Assembly (NCBI GenBank): GCA_031409655.1
Contig: JANNXQ010000276.1
Coordinates: 1 to 36,890, forward strand
DNA: 36,890 nt
Reading direction: 5' to 3'
Origin: Chthoniobacteraceae bacterium
GTDB taxonomy: Bacteria; Verrucomicrobiota; Verrucomicrobiia; Chthoniobacterales; Chthoniobacteraceae
The translations under genes and the position numbers were made by a program. Below the pieces are notes generated by a model. It saw only the letters and a program-made list of their open reading frames with translations, had not been told where the DNA came from and ran no database searches. Below, piece after piece: positions 8,618 through 18,091 of the stretch. The stretch's first letter is position 1, and each line of letters starts with the position of its first letter.

Positions 8618-11545
8618 CTAGACCGGCGGCGTGCCGTTTCCTTCGAGCACCGCGCGCATCAGGGTGCGCAGTTCTTCGAGCGTGAAAGGCTTCTGCAGAA
8701 AGCTGGCGAGGCCTTTGCCGCTGAAGCGCACGAGCACTTCGTGCGCATTGAAGCCGCTCATCAGCACCACGCGCACATCGGGGCGGATGCGGCGGAGTTC
8801 GGTGAAAGTCTGCTCGCCGTCGAGGTGCGGCATGGTGAGGTCGAGCAGGACGAGCGTGAAGCGATCGGGGTCCGCGCGGAAGAGTTCGATCGCCTCGCGA
8901 CCGTCGCTGGCCAGGGTCGGCTCGAGCCCCATCGTCCCCATCATCCGCGCGATGGTGATGCGCATCCCTTCCTCGTCATCGACGACGAGCACGCGGCCTT
9001 CGCCGCGCCACTTCGCGGTGTTTGCCGCAGGCGTCTTGGTCGTCTCGCTGGTGCCGCGGGAGGCGGGGAAGAGCAGCTTGAAAGTCGTGCCCCGGCCCGG
9101 TTCGGAGTAGACCTTCAGTGCGCCCTTGTGGCCGCGCACGATCCCGAGCACCGCGGCGAGTCCGAGGCCGCGACCGGTGAATTTTGTGGTGAAGAAAGGA
9201 TCGAAGATTTTCGCCTGCGTCTCGGGGCTCATGCCGCAGCCGCTGTCCGAGATTTCGAGAGCCACGTAGTCCCCCTCCGGCAGATCGGCATCCATGAGCG
9301 TGCCATGAAGATAGGCGCGATCGACGTGCAGCAGGCCGGTGGCAATGCGGATCACGCCGCTCTTGTCGCCGATGGCTTCGGAGGCATTGATGACCAGATT
9401 CATGATGACCTGCCGGATCTGCGTGGCATCCACCTCCACGGGCGGCAGTCCCTTTTCGAGATGAAAGCGGAGCACAGCCTTCTTGCTGATCGAGATTTGC
9501 AGCATCTGCGCGGTCTGCTCGACGACTTCCCCCAGATCGAGTCGGCGCACCACGAAGCGCCCGCGGCCGGAATAGGCGAGCATCTGTTTGCAGAGTTCCG
9601 CTGCGCGCATCGAGGCCTCGTTGATTTGCCCGAGGCAATCCTGCACGGAAGAGCCGGGCGGCAGCTCCATGGCGGCGATGCTGGCATTGCCGAGAATGCT
9701 GGTCAGGAGGTTATTGAAATCGTGCGCGATGCCGCCGGCGAGCACGCCGAGGCTTTCGAGCTTCTGGGTCTCCTGCACTTTCCTTTCGAGCTGTTCGCGC
9801 TCGAGCTTGGCCTGCCGCGTGGCGGTCACGTCCAGACAGGCTCCGGTCATGTAAAGGGGTTCACCCGCGGCGTTGGCGACGATCTTGCCCTTGTCGTGGA
9901 GCCAGCGGATGCGGCCGTCGGGCCAAACGACGCGGAACTCCATGTCGAAGTCCGCGCCCTCACGCACGCTCCGCTCACAGCGTTCGATCACGCCGGGACG
10001 TTCGTCGGGATGCACCAGCGCGAGGAAGTTTTCCAAAGTGCGGACGGTCTGCCCGGGCGGCAGACCAAAGAGCCCGTTCAGCGCCTCATCCCAGCTCAAT
10101 TCATTGGTGCGGATATCCCAGCGAAAGGTGCCCGTGCCGGACGCGGACAAGGCCGCGCGCAGACGTTCTTCGCGCTCGCGGAGCGACTCCTCGGCCAGCT
10201 TCCGTTCGGTGATGTCGGTATGCGTGCCGAGCATCCGCAGCGGACGTCCATCGGCACTGCGCGCGACGATCTTTCCGAGCGAGAGGATCCATTTCCACGC
10301 GCCATCCTTCGTGCGCTGGCGAAACTCGACGCGGTATTCTGGGCGCCGGCCCGCGACGTACTTTGCGTAAGCTTCGTAAGTCGCTTCGCGATCGTCCGGA
10401 TGTAATCGCTCGAGCCACGCCGCGTTCGATTCGCGAAACTCCGCGGGATCGTAACCGAGCATGAGCGCATACTCCGGAGTGACGATGCACTCGCCGGTCT
10501 GGACGTTGAGATCATAGAGGCCCTGGTTCGCGGCGGACATCGCCAGCCGCAGCCGCTCCTCGCTGTCCCGGAGTTGTTGCCCGACCTTCTTGCGCTCGTG
10601 ATTCCGCGCAAAAAGTATGGCGCCCAGGAGGGCGAGGCCGAGGGCGAAGAGACCGAGGTATTTTTTAACCTGAGGGAGGTCGATTTCCGAACTCTCAAAG
10701 ACGCCGAACCATTTCTCGTACAAAGCGTCGTAAGTGCCGGAAGCTTTGGCGACGGCGAGTCCTTCGTTCACTTTCGCGAGCAGCTCCGCATTTCCCTTTC
10801 GCACGGCGAAGGAAAACTTCTGCGAGAAGCCCGCCTTCGCCGCGAGCGCGGTGACGTTGCGAATCTTCTCTTCCTGCAGCGTCTGCGTGCCGGCGAGTTT
10901 GCTCAGCAGCATCGCGTCGTGCTTGCCCGAGGCGAGCAGCTTCAGACCTTCAGCCGCATTATCGACCAGCATGAGCTGCTGCCCCCAGCCATTACTAACG
11001 GCATAGTCCTGAGCGAGGTCCGCGTGGATCACGATGATCGACTTCCCGGCAAAGTCCGCCTCCGACTGGATGCGCGAGTCGCCCTTCCGCACAAAGATCG
11101 CGCCGTGGACGATGACGTGCGGGACAGAGAAATCCGCGAAGGCACGCCGCTCGTCGGACTGCGCGAGGTTGATCATCACGTCGATCTTTCCCGCCTTGAA
11201 TTCCTCGAGGATCTGCCGGAACGGCCGGACCTTGATCGTGTAACTCAGCGCGTGTTCCGCGGCCACGGCCTTCCACAGATCCACGGTGAAACCGCCCGCG
11301 GTTTCATCCGTCTTGCCGGTGGCGAATGGCGGATAGTCCTCCTCGCTGCCGACGACGAGCGGCGTATCTGCACGTTGCTGCTGATCTTGCGCGATTCCCG
11401 AGGTCACCAGCACGAGAGCCATGGCCAGCCCGCAGCCCGCTCCGATCCATCGGTACAGCCTTGGCCGTTTTCCTTTGGAAATGCGTGGGGAGTTGTTCGG
11501 CAGGTCTATCACGTGACACGGGCGTCCATCTGCAAAGCTGACCAC
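8618..11545 (-). CDS. Hybrid sensor histidine kinase: periplasmic amino-acid-binding (SBP family 3) domain, TM, 2 PAS, HisKA, HATPase, REC; true start probably downstream of 11545
   Basis: VVGSEEDYPPF...GFTVDLW...YDALYEKWFG binding domain. The kinase/REC tail closely resembles that of 4525..8520. Confidence 0.9.
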   Translation of the reverse strand: MVSFADGRPCHVIDLPNNSPRISKGKRPRLYRWIGAGCGLAMALVLVTSGIAQDQQQRADTPLVVGSEEDYPPFATGKTDETAGGFTVDLWKAVAAEHALSYTIKVRPFRQILEEFKAGKIDVMINLAQSDERRAFADFSVPHVIVHGAIFVRKGDSRIQSEADFAGKSIIVIHADLAQDYAVSNGWGQQLMLVDNAAEGLKLLASGKHDAMLLSKLAGTQTLQEEKIRNVTALAAKAGFSQKFSFAVRKGNAELLAKVNEGLAVAKASGTYDALYEKWFGVFESSEIDLPQVKKYLGLFALGLALLGAILFARNHERKKVGQQLRDSEERLRLAMSAANQGLYDLNVQTGECIVTPEYALMLGYDPAEFRESNAAWLERLHPDDREATYEAYAKYVAGRRPEYRVEFRQRTKDGAWKWILSLGKIVARSADGRPLRMLGTHTDITERKLAEESLREREERLRAALSASGTGTFRWDIRTNELSWDEALNGLFGLPPGQTVRTLENFLALVHPDERPGVIERCERSVREGADFDMEFRVVWPDGRIRWLHDKGKIVANAAGEPLYMTGACLDVTATRQAKLEREQLERKVQETQKLESLGVLAGGIAHDFNNLLTSILGNASIAAMELPPGSSVQDCLGQINEASMRAAELCKQMLAYSGRGRFVVRRLDLGEVVEQTAQMLQISISKKAVLRFHLEKGLPPVEVDATQIRQVIMNLVINASEAIGDKSGVIRIATGLLHVDRAYLHGTLMDADLPEGDYVALEISDSGCGMSPETQAKIFDPFFTTKFTGRGLGLAAVLGIVRGHKGALKVYSEPGRGTTFKLLFPASRGTSETTKTPAANTAKWRGEGRVLVVDDEEGMRITIARMMGTMGLEPTLASDGREAIELFRADPDRFTLVLLDLTMPHLDGEQTFTELRRIRPDVRVVLMSGFNAHEVLVRFSGKGLASFLQKPFTLEELRTLMRAVLEGNGTPPV

Positions 11546-11637
11546 GACGCTACGGGACCGGTATCTAGCGAGTTGCGCGCGGTGACAAGCGGGAACTCGG
11601 AGCGCGGCATCCCGAGCGGCGGAATTCGCCCGGAAAC

Positions 11638-11651
11638 TTGACGCGTGTCAA
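11638..11651. promoter_or_regulatory. FNR/DNR/NnrR-like box of nirK
   Basis: TTGAC-GCGT-GTCAA, centred 41.5 nt before the ATG at 11686. TAGTTT at 11673-11678. Confidence 0.8.
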
Positions 11652-11685
11652 AGCGGAGGAGCAGCCCGACGTTAGTTTCACCCCC

Positions 11686-13209
11686 ATGAAGCGCCCAACC
11701 CTCTCCTCCACCCTCCTCGCCACGACGCTCTGTTTTGCCGCGGTGTCGTCCCTTTATCCCGCCGAACCTCCACCTGCTACGTCCGCGGCGTTGCCCGGGC
11801 CCGAGGCCAAAGGCACCGACCCGGAAGTCGTCGGCGAGGAAAAGGCCGTGCTCACCGCTGCGCCAAATGTGCCGCCACCGATCCAGCGCCGGCATCCGAC
11901 GAAGGTCATCGTGAATCTCGAAGTGAGGGAGATCGTGAAGCGCATGGCGGATGGCGTGGACTATTTGTTTTGGACGTTCGGCGGCGAGGTGCCGGGGCTT
12001 TTCATCCGCGTCCGCGAGGGCGACCAGGTCGAGTTTCACCTCGCCAATCATCCGACCTCGAAGATGCCGCACAACATCGACCTGCACGCGGTGACGGGGC
12101 CGGGCGGCGGTGCCGCATCAAGCTTCACCGCGCCGGGGCACAAGTCCCAGTTCTCCTTCAAGGCGATCAATCCCGGGCTCTACGTCTATCACTGCGCGAC
12201 CGCACCGGTCGGGATGCACGTGGCGAACGGGATGTATGGGCTGATTCTCGTGGAGCCGAAGGAAGGGCTACCGCCGGTGGACAAGGAGTTCTACGTGATG
12301 CAGGGCGATTTTTATACGAAGGGGAAATTCGGCGAGGAAGGGCTGCAACCGTTCGATCAGGAGAAGGCAGTCGATGAACGGCCGAGCTACGTCGTCTTCA
12401 ACGGTTCGGTCGGGTCCCTGGTCGGCGACAAGGCGCTGAAGGCGAAAGTCGGCGAGAAGGTGCGGCTCTTCGTCGGTAATGGCGGACCGAACCTCATCTC
12501 GTCCTTCCATGTGATCGGCGAGATTTTCGATCACGTTTATCAGGAAGGCGGCATGAAGATCTCCCAGGAGCAGGTGCAGACCACGCTCGTGCCCGCGGGC
12601 GGTTCGGCGATCGTGGATTTCAAGGTCGAGGTCCCCGGCACCTTCATCCTCGTGGATCACGCGCTCTTCCGGGCCTTCAACAAGGGTGCGCTCGGCATGA
12701 TGAAAGTCGAGGGGCCGCCGAACCTGCTCGTCTATTCCGGCAAGGAAGTGGACGCGACTTATCTCGGTGATAGCTCGCTGCCGGGTGGTTCGGATGTGCG
12801 GGTGGCCGCGCTGGAATCGGAGATGAAAAAGGTGATCGCGGGGGAGCCGAAGATCGCGGCGATGGGGAAGGAGATCTTCATCGAGAAAGGCAAACGCATC
12901 TACGCGCAGGCGTGCTTCGCGTGTCATCAGGCGGAAGGCCAGGGCTTGGTGGGCGTCTTCCCGCCGCTCGCGAAATCCGACTATCTTATGGCGGACAAAG
13001 AGCGCGCGATCCGGGGCATCATCAAAGGGCAGACCGGCGAGATGACGGTGAATGGCGTGAAATACAACGGGGTGATGCCGCCGGTGATGCTCAACGATGA
13101 GCAAATCGCGCACGTCCTGACCTTCGTCCGCAACTCGTGGGGGAACACCGGCGACATCGTGACCGTGGAGGAAGTGCAGAAAGTCCACGCGGAATCCGTG
13201 AACCAATAG
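11686..13209 (+). CDS. nirK: Copper-containing nitrite reductase with a C-terminal cytochrome c domain
   Basis: Cu-ligand motifs [32 protein letters not shown] and VDHA. C-terminal CFACH plus MPP. Signal peptide starts at ATG 11686. Confidence 0.95.
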   Translation: MKRPTLSSTLLATTLCFAAVSSLYPAEPPPATSAALPGPEAKGTDPEVVGEEKAVLTAAPNVPPPIQRRHPTKVIVNLEVREIVKRMADGVDYLFWTFGGEVPGLFIRVREGDQVEFHLANHPTSKMPHNIDLHAVTGPGGGAASSFTAPGHKSQFSFKAINPGLYVYHCATAPVGMHVANGMYGLILVEPKEGLPPVDKEFYVMQGDFYTKGKFGEEGLQPFDQEKAVDERPSYVVFNGSVGSLVGDKALKAKVGEKVRLFVGNGGPNLISSFHVIGEIFDHVYQEGGMKISQEQVQTTLVPAGGSAIVDFKVEVPGTFILVDHALFRAFNKGALGMMKVEGPPNLLVYSGKEVDATYLGDSSLPGGSDVRVAALESEMKKVIAGEPKIAAMGKEIFIEKGKRIYAQACFACHQAEGQGLVGVFPPLAKSDYLMADKERAIRGIIKGQTGEMTVNGVKYNGVMPPVMLNDEQIAHVLTFVRNSWGNTGDIVTVEEVQKVHAESVNQ

Positions 13210-13270
13210 CCATGCGCCTGGGGACCGAGTGTGACGGAGGTCACTCGCTCCCGCGAACTCCGGCTCCACG

Positions 13271-13600
13271 TCACCGCAATTCCACCACGCGCTGTCCGCC
13301 CGCGAACGCCTGCTGAATCGCCTCCCACTCCACCGCGAACCGTGCGAGCAGTGCCGTCGTCCGGCAATTGCCCACACGCACCCACAGCAGTCGGCCCGTA
13401 TCGCCCACACGATTGGCGAGGTGCAGAAAATCCTCGTCCTTCGACACGACGATCCTTTCTTCGCCGAACGCCCACTCCCAGATCTCTGTGTCCGGCCTAG
13501 CATCGAAACCAATGTCCAGCACATGCACCGCATCCGCCCCGCGCGCTGACAGCCAGCGCGCGAGCGCGGCGGGGAGCTGATTGTCCACGATGAACTTCAC
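13271..13600 (-). CDS. DUF5615 PIN-like (Mut7-C-like) putative toxin
   Basis: MKFIVDNQLP...DAVHV...DTEIW...IVVSKDEDF...RVGN. ATGA overlap with the DUF433 gene. Confidence 0.85.
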   Translation of the reverse strand: MKFIVDNQLPAALARWLSARGADAVHVLDIGFDARPDTEIWEWAFGEERIVVSKDEDFLHLANRVGDTGRLLWVRVGNCRTTALLARFAVEWEAIQQAFAGGQRVVELR

Positions 13601-13821
13601 GCCGCGGCGAGAACCGTGTGATCCGCCAGCCGTGCCGCGTAGAGCAGCGCCGCTTGGATGTCCGCCGGTTCAAGGAAAGCGTAGTCCGCAAGAATCTCCT
13701 CATGCGACGCCCCCGCCGCGAGTAGTTCCAGCAAGTCCACCACACGAAAGCGCGTCCCGCGAATGCAAGGACGCCCGCCGCATTTCCCGGCCTCAATGGT
13801 GATTCGTTCGAGCAATTCCAT
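13597..13821 (-). CDS. DUF433-domain putative antitoxin
   Basis: MELLERITIEAGKCGGRPCIRGTRFRVVDLLELLAAG...ILADYAFLEPADIQAALLYA. Start at ATG 13821. Confidence 0.88.
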   Translation of the reverse strand: MELLERITIEAGKCGGRPCIRGTRFRVVDLLELLAAGASHEEILADYAFLEPADIQAALLYAARLADHTVLAAA

Positions 13822-13926
13822 GACGCGAGTATGCCGCCCGCCGCGCGAATCGCCAGACGAAGTTTGACGCTTCGAGGGTTCGCAATGCTTGACCCGCAAT
13901 CAAGAACGGCGGCTGATTAGCAGGAC

Positions 13927-14979
13927 ATGACTTCGCTCCAATTCTCCGTTGCCGTCGCCGTGTGTGCGCTCACTCCCATCACCGGCCATGCGTGCTGCGC
14001 CCTTGGGCGGGCCGGCGAGCCAGTAGTGAATGCCGATCAGACAGTGCTGTTGATTTGGGATCCCGCGACAAAGACCGAGCATTTCATCCGCAAGGCTTCG
14101 TTCAAGGCGAAGGGTGACGACTTCGGATTTCTCGTGCCGACGCCGTCGAGACCGGACCTCGCGGAATCAGGCAACGCGGCGTTCCCATACCTCGCGAACA
14201 TGACGACGCCGCGCATCACCTCGGGCGGCGGTTTCGGCTGCTCGGCAGCGTCGCCGGGATACGCGCCCGCGCGAAACGCAGTGACGGTCATCGAGCGAAA
14301 GGAAGTGGCCGGTTTCGACGCTGCGGTGCTCTCCGCGAGTTCCGCGACGGCGCTCACTGGTTGGCTGAAGACGAACGGCTATCATTTCTCACCGCAAGTC
14401 GAGACGTGGGCGGCGCCATACATCCGCGATGGCTGGATGCTCACGGCGTTGCGCATTGTGAAACATTCCGAGTCGCGAAGTGCCGCAGCCGTCCATTCGA
14501 GCGCGCTGCGGATCACGTTTCGCACCGAGCGCCCGCTTTTCCCGTACCGCGAACCGGAGAGCGATGAGGCGTCAAAGAAAGTCGGCGCAGCGTCGCGGTT
14601 GCTGCGGCTCTATTTCATCAGCGATGCGCGCTACGATGGCGGGCTGGATGGTGCGAATTCGTGGAGCGGAAAGGCGGTGTGGAGCAATGCGGTCGCGCCA
14701 GTGGACAAAGAGGCATTGCTCCGTCATTTGAAACTCCCCGCAACATCGGGACCGGCGAAGTGGTGGCTCACGGAGTTTGAAGACCGCTGGCCGTATCGTG
14801 TCGCGCCCGGTGATCTATATTTCGCGCGATCGGGCTTGCAGAAGCCGATCGCTCGCGGGGCATTCGCAGCGCAGGGCCCGGGAATGGACCTATCGCTGCC
14901 TCTCGGTTTCGCTGCGGCGGGGCTGGTCTTGCTTCGGCGGCCTGGCCGCGCATTTCATCGCAACAGTATTTCGGCTTGA
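13927..14979 (+). CDS. DUF2330-domain exported protein
   Basis: Signal peptide then ACC, EHFIRKASF...DFGFLVPTPS, WLKTNGY, F.TERPLFPYREP, and a C-terminal hydrophobic anchor. Confidence 0.75.
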   Translation: MTSLQFSVAVAVCALTPITGHACCALGRAGEPVVNADQTVLLIWDPATKTEHFIRKASFKAKGDDFGFLVPTPSRPDLAESGNAAFPYLANMTTPRITSGGGFGCSAASPGYAPARNAVTVIERKEVAGFDAAVLSASSATALTGWLKTNGYHFSPQVETWAAPYIRDGWMLTALRIVKHSESRSAAAVHSSALRITFRTERPLFPYREPESDEASKKVGAASRLLRLYFISDARYDGGLDGANSWSGKAVWSNAVAPVDKEALLRHLKLPATSGPAKWWLTEFEDRWPYRVAPGDLYFARSGLQKPIARGAFAAQGPGMDLSLPLGFAAAGLVLLRRPGRAFHRNSISA

Positions 14980-15029
14980 GCCAGGCGCGGAAGTTTGTCC
15001 AAGACGCAGTTGCGCATTCGTGCGCGGAT

Positions 15030-15043
15030 TTGACCGGCGTCAA
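15030..15043. promoter_or_regulatory. FNR/DNR/NnrR-like box upstream of the NirV-like/SCO/DUF2249/nnrS operon
   Basis: TTGAC-CGGC-GTCAA, centred 42.5 nt before ATG 15079. CAAAGT lies 22 nt downstream. Confidence 0.75.
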
Positions 15044-15078
15044 TGCAGCGGAGGTGATCAGCGTCCAAAGTGAAAACT

Positions 15079-15867
15079 ATGAATCGCGCACGCATTTCGA
15101 TTTTGCCCGCCGCGCTGCACATCGCGGCTTCGCTCCTCGCGCTCTGCGTCGTGCGCGGGGCCGAGCCGGAGATGGCGGCGATTCCCGATTCGGTTTACCG
15201 CCCGCTTTTTCGTGGGGAAAAGGACGCGAAGGAAGTGCCCGTCGCGGCGTTCCAACTCGACGTGCGGCCGGTGACGAACGGGGAGTTCCTCCGCTTCGTG
15301 CGCGAGCATCCGAAGTGGCAGCGCGCGCAGGTCAAGCGGCTCTTTGCGGATGAACGTTATCTCGCGCACTGGGCCGGCGACCTGGAACTCGGCAAGGCTC
15401 GCGAGGAGCAACCGGTCACCAATGTCTCGTGGTTTGCGGCGAAAGCGTTCGCGGCGGCGCAGGGGAAGCGGCTGCCGACGACGGTCGAGTGGGAGGTCGT
15501 GGCGGGCGCGGGCTTCACGATTCTGGATGGAGCGAAGGACGCGATTTTTCAAGCCGAGTTGGCGCGCTGGTATGCCACGCCCACGCCCGTCGCGCTGCCG
15601 GATGCGGGGGGGCGCGCGAACGTGCTCGGCGTGCGCGATCTGCACGGGCTGGTGTGGGAGTGGACCAGCGATTTCAACAGCGCAATGGTCACCGGCGATG
15701 CGCGCGGCGACAGTGGACTGGAGCGTCAGCTTTTCTGCGGAGCCGGCTCGGTCGGTGCGAAGGACACCGGCAATTTCCCCGCCTTCATGCGCTTCGGTTT
15801 TCGGAGCAGCCTGCGCGCGGGTTACACCGTCCACAATCTCGGCTTCCGCTGCGCGAAGACTCCATGA
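15079..15867 (+). CDS. FGE/SUMF1-fold protein, NirV-like accessory of nirK
   Basis: PVTNGEFLRFV, PVTNVSWFAAKAF, RLPTTVEWE, DLHGLVWEW and NLGFRCA motifs. Lies in nirK-SCO context. Confidence 0.82.
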   Translation: MNRARISILPAALHIAASLLALCVVRGAEPEMAAIPDSVYRPLFRGEKDAKEVPVAAFQLDVRPVTNGEFLRFVREHPKWQRAQVKRLFADERYLAHWAGDLELGKAREEQPVTNVSWFAAKAFAAAQGKRLPTTVEWEVVAGAGFTILDGAKDAIFQAELARWYATPTPVALPDAGGRANVLGVRDLHGLVWEWTSDFNSAMVTGDARGDSGLERQLFCGAGSVGAKDTGNFPAFMRFGFRSSLRAGYTVHNLGFRCAKTP

Positions 15868-16463
15868 AAACACTCCTCGCCCTCCTGCTGCCGTGCGCGC
15901 TCCTCGCCGCCGAACCACTCCCGCCCTGCTGCCGCCCGGCACTTCCCGCGGGGCAGCCGACGGACCAATCGCTCTACCTGCTCGACTCGAAATGGACCTC
16001 CGATGTCGGGCGGCAAATCAAACTCGGCGTGCTGCGCGGCCGCCCGCAGATCGTGGCGATGTTCTTTACCCACTGCGAATACGCCTGCCCGATCCTGGTC
16101 AGCGAACTCACGACCATCGAACAGAAGCTGCCGCCGGAAGTGCGTGGCAAAGTGGATTTCCTCCTCGTGAGCATCGACTCGAAACGCGACACGCCCGCCG
16201 TGCTCGCCTCCTTCCGCGCCAAGCGCCAGTTCGCCCGCGAACGCTGGACGCTGCTGCGCGGCGAAGCCGACGATGTGCGCGAACTCGCCGCACTGCTCGG
16301 CGTGAATTACACGGAGGACGCCCGCGGGCAATTCGCGCATTCCAACCTCATCACCCTCCTGAATACCGACGGCGAGATCGCCTTCCAGCACACCGGCTTG
16401 AAGCAGGAACCCGCGCCGCTCATCGCCGCGATTGAAAAAGCGGCCCGCGGCGCGCAACGCTGA
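15864..16463 (+). CDS. SCO1/SenC-family copper chaperone
   Basis: Start MKTLLALL overlaps the upstream stop (ATGA). FFTHCEYACP (CxxxC), VSIDSKRDTP, and the FAHS histidine. Confidence 0.9.
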   Translation: MKTLLALLLPCALLAAEPLPPCCRPALPAGQPTDQSLYLLDSKWTSDVGRQIKLGVLRGRPQIVAMFFTHCEYACPILVSELTTIEQKLPPEVRGKVDFLLVSIDSKRDTPAVLASFRAKRQFARERWTLLRGEADDVRELAALLGVNYTEDARGQFAHSNLITLLNTDGEIAFQHTGLKQEPAPLIAAIEKAARGAQR

Positions 16464-16471
16464 CCACCGCC

Positions 16472-16735
16472 ATGCCACAAACCACTATCACTCTCGACGT
16501 GCGCGAAGACCTCCGCGCGGGGCGCGAGCCTTTCCCGCGCATCATGGAAGCCGTGGGCCGGCTGCGCGACGGCGAGCAACTCCGCATCCTCGCGCCGTTC
16601 GAGCCGCGTCCGCTCATCGGGGTGCTCGCCGCACAGGGCTTCACTGCGAAGATCACACCGATTGAGGGCGAAGATTTTGAGATCATCTTCTCCGCGCCGA
16701 CACCGGCGGCAGGCGATGAGGAGCCGTTGTTGTGA
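16472..16735 (+). CDS. DUF2249-domain protein
   Basis: LDVREDLRAGREPFPRIM...APFEPRPL motif. Confidence 0.85.
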   Translation: MPQTTITLDVREDLRAGREPFPRIMEAVGRLRDGEQLRILAPFEPRPLIGVLAAQGFTAKITPIEGEDFEIIFSAPTPAAGDEEPLL

Positions 16736-17976
16736 GCGAAGCGAAGCCGCGCTATTTCGATCTCTGCCCCGCCGAGCCGTTTCGCATTTTTTTCCCGCTC
16801 GCGACGCTGCTCGGCATCTCCGGCGTGTCGCTCTGGCCGCTCTTCTTTTCGGGGCTGCACCCGTTCTACCCCGGCCCGATGCACGCGCGGCTGATGATCG
16901 AGGGTTTCCTCGCGGGCTTCGTCATCGGCTTTCTCGGCACCGCGCTCCCGCGACTGCTCTCCGCGCCGCCGCTGCGTCGCGGGGAATTGTGGACGCTCGT
17001 CGCGCTCTATCTGCTCAGCGCCGGGCTGCACATCGGCCAGCAGCCGCGCACGGGCGATCTCGCGTTCATCGCGCTGCTGCTGTGCTTTGGCGCGTGCATG
17101 ATCGTGCGCGCCCGCCGACGCGCAGAGTTGCCGCCGCCGGGTTTCGTGCTCGTGGCCTTTGGTTTCCTCAGCGGACTGATCGGGCCGGTGCTGTGGCTGT
17201 GCGGCCTGCAGGGCTGGGTGTCGGGCAGCGTCACAATCTTCGGCGCGCTGCTGCTCAATCAGGCGTTCGTGCTTTTCCCCCTGCTCGGTATCGGCACGTT
17301 TTTGCTGCCGCGTTTTCTGCGCCTGCGCAACGTGCGCCCGAGGGCCGAGGAGCGCACCGCCTCGCCGGGTTGGTGGGTGCGCGCGGCGTTTTCGGGCGCC
17401 ACCGGCCTCGCGCTGCTCGTTAGTTTCTGGATCGAGGCGAAGAACCCGGCAACGCCCGCTGCGGCCTGGCTGCGCGCCATCGCGGCGATCGTCTATCTGG
17501 CCACGATGGTTCCTTTTCACCGCCAGTCTCTGCCGCTCCGCACCGCATCCGTCACCGCGCAACTGGCGCTGCTCGCCCTGGTCGCCGGGCTGATCTTCCC
17601 GCTCTTCTGGCCGGCACAGCGCGTCGCCGGGCTGCACGTCGTCTTCCTCGGCGGTTTCAGCCTCATCACCTTCACCGTGGCCACGCGCGTGATGCTCGGC
17701 CATTCGGGAAATGAAGCAATGTTCGAGACCCGATTGCCTTCTCTGCAATGCGCCGCGCTCCTCCTGCTCGCTGGCACCGTGCTGCGCTCCGTCGGCGATT
17801 TTTCACCCGCCCGCCCAGACTGGCTGAACGGCGCAAGCTATCTCTGGATGCTGGCCGCAGGCGCGTGGGGTTTCAGTGTTCTGCCGAAGGTGCGCATCGC
17901 CGATCCCGACGGGGACGTTTCCTGCTCGGCCCGCCGCGCCCGCACGGCGCCGCGTCTGCGGCCACGGGGGGAGTAG
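16732..17976 (+). CDS. nnrS: NnrS-family membrane protein (NO response)
   Basis: EPFRIFFP, HARLMIEGF...GFLGTALPR, LHVVFLGG, ATRVMLGHSG, and about 12 hydrophobic segments. Confidence 0.85.
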   Translation: MSEAKPRYFDLCPAEPFRIFFPLATLLGISGVSLWPLFFSGLHPFYPGPMHARLMIEGFLAGFVIGFLGTALPRLLSAPPLRRGELWTLVALYLLSAGLHIGQQPRTGDLAFIALLLCFGACMIVRARRRAELPPPGFVLVAFGFLSGLIGPVLWLCGLQGWVSGSVTIFGALLLNQAFVLFPLLGIGTFLLPRFLRLRNVRPRAEERTASPGWWVRAAFSGATGLALLVSFWIEAKNPATPAAAWLRAIAAIVYLATMVPFHRQSLPLRTASVTAQLALLALVAGLIFPLFWPAQRVAGLHVVFLGGFSLITFTVATRVMLGHSGNEAMFETRLPSLQCAALLLLAGTVLRSVGDFSPARPDWLNGASYLWMLAAGAWGFSVLPKVRIADPDGDVSCSARRARTAPRLRPRGE

Positions 17977-18091
17977 CCAGGCCGGACCGCAGCGAAAATT
18001 TTTTCGATGGAGTCTGGAAAGTGGACGCTCGGACGCTGCATGATGCACGACTTTCATTTCACCCAAACACCCACCCACCCCACGCACCCAC

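Noticed and set aside
15429..15863. N-terminal extension of the SCO ORF in the track (also extensions of nirK from 11638, DUF433 from 13899 and the HIRAN gene from 28293)
   Set aside because: The extensions overlap neighbouring genes or promoter boxes. Downstream ATGs give proper signal peptides or coupled starts.
15079..15867. True formylglycine-generating enzyme activating the nearby sulfatase
   Set aside because: Lacks the catalytic Cys pair motif of FGE, has a signal peptide, and is coupled to SCO under a nirK-type box, so NirV-like fits better.
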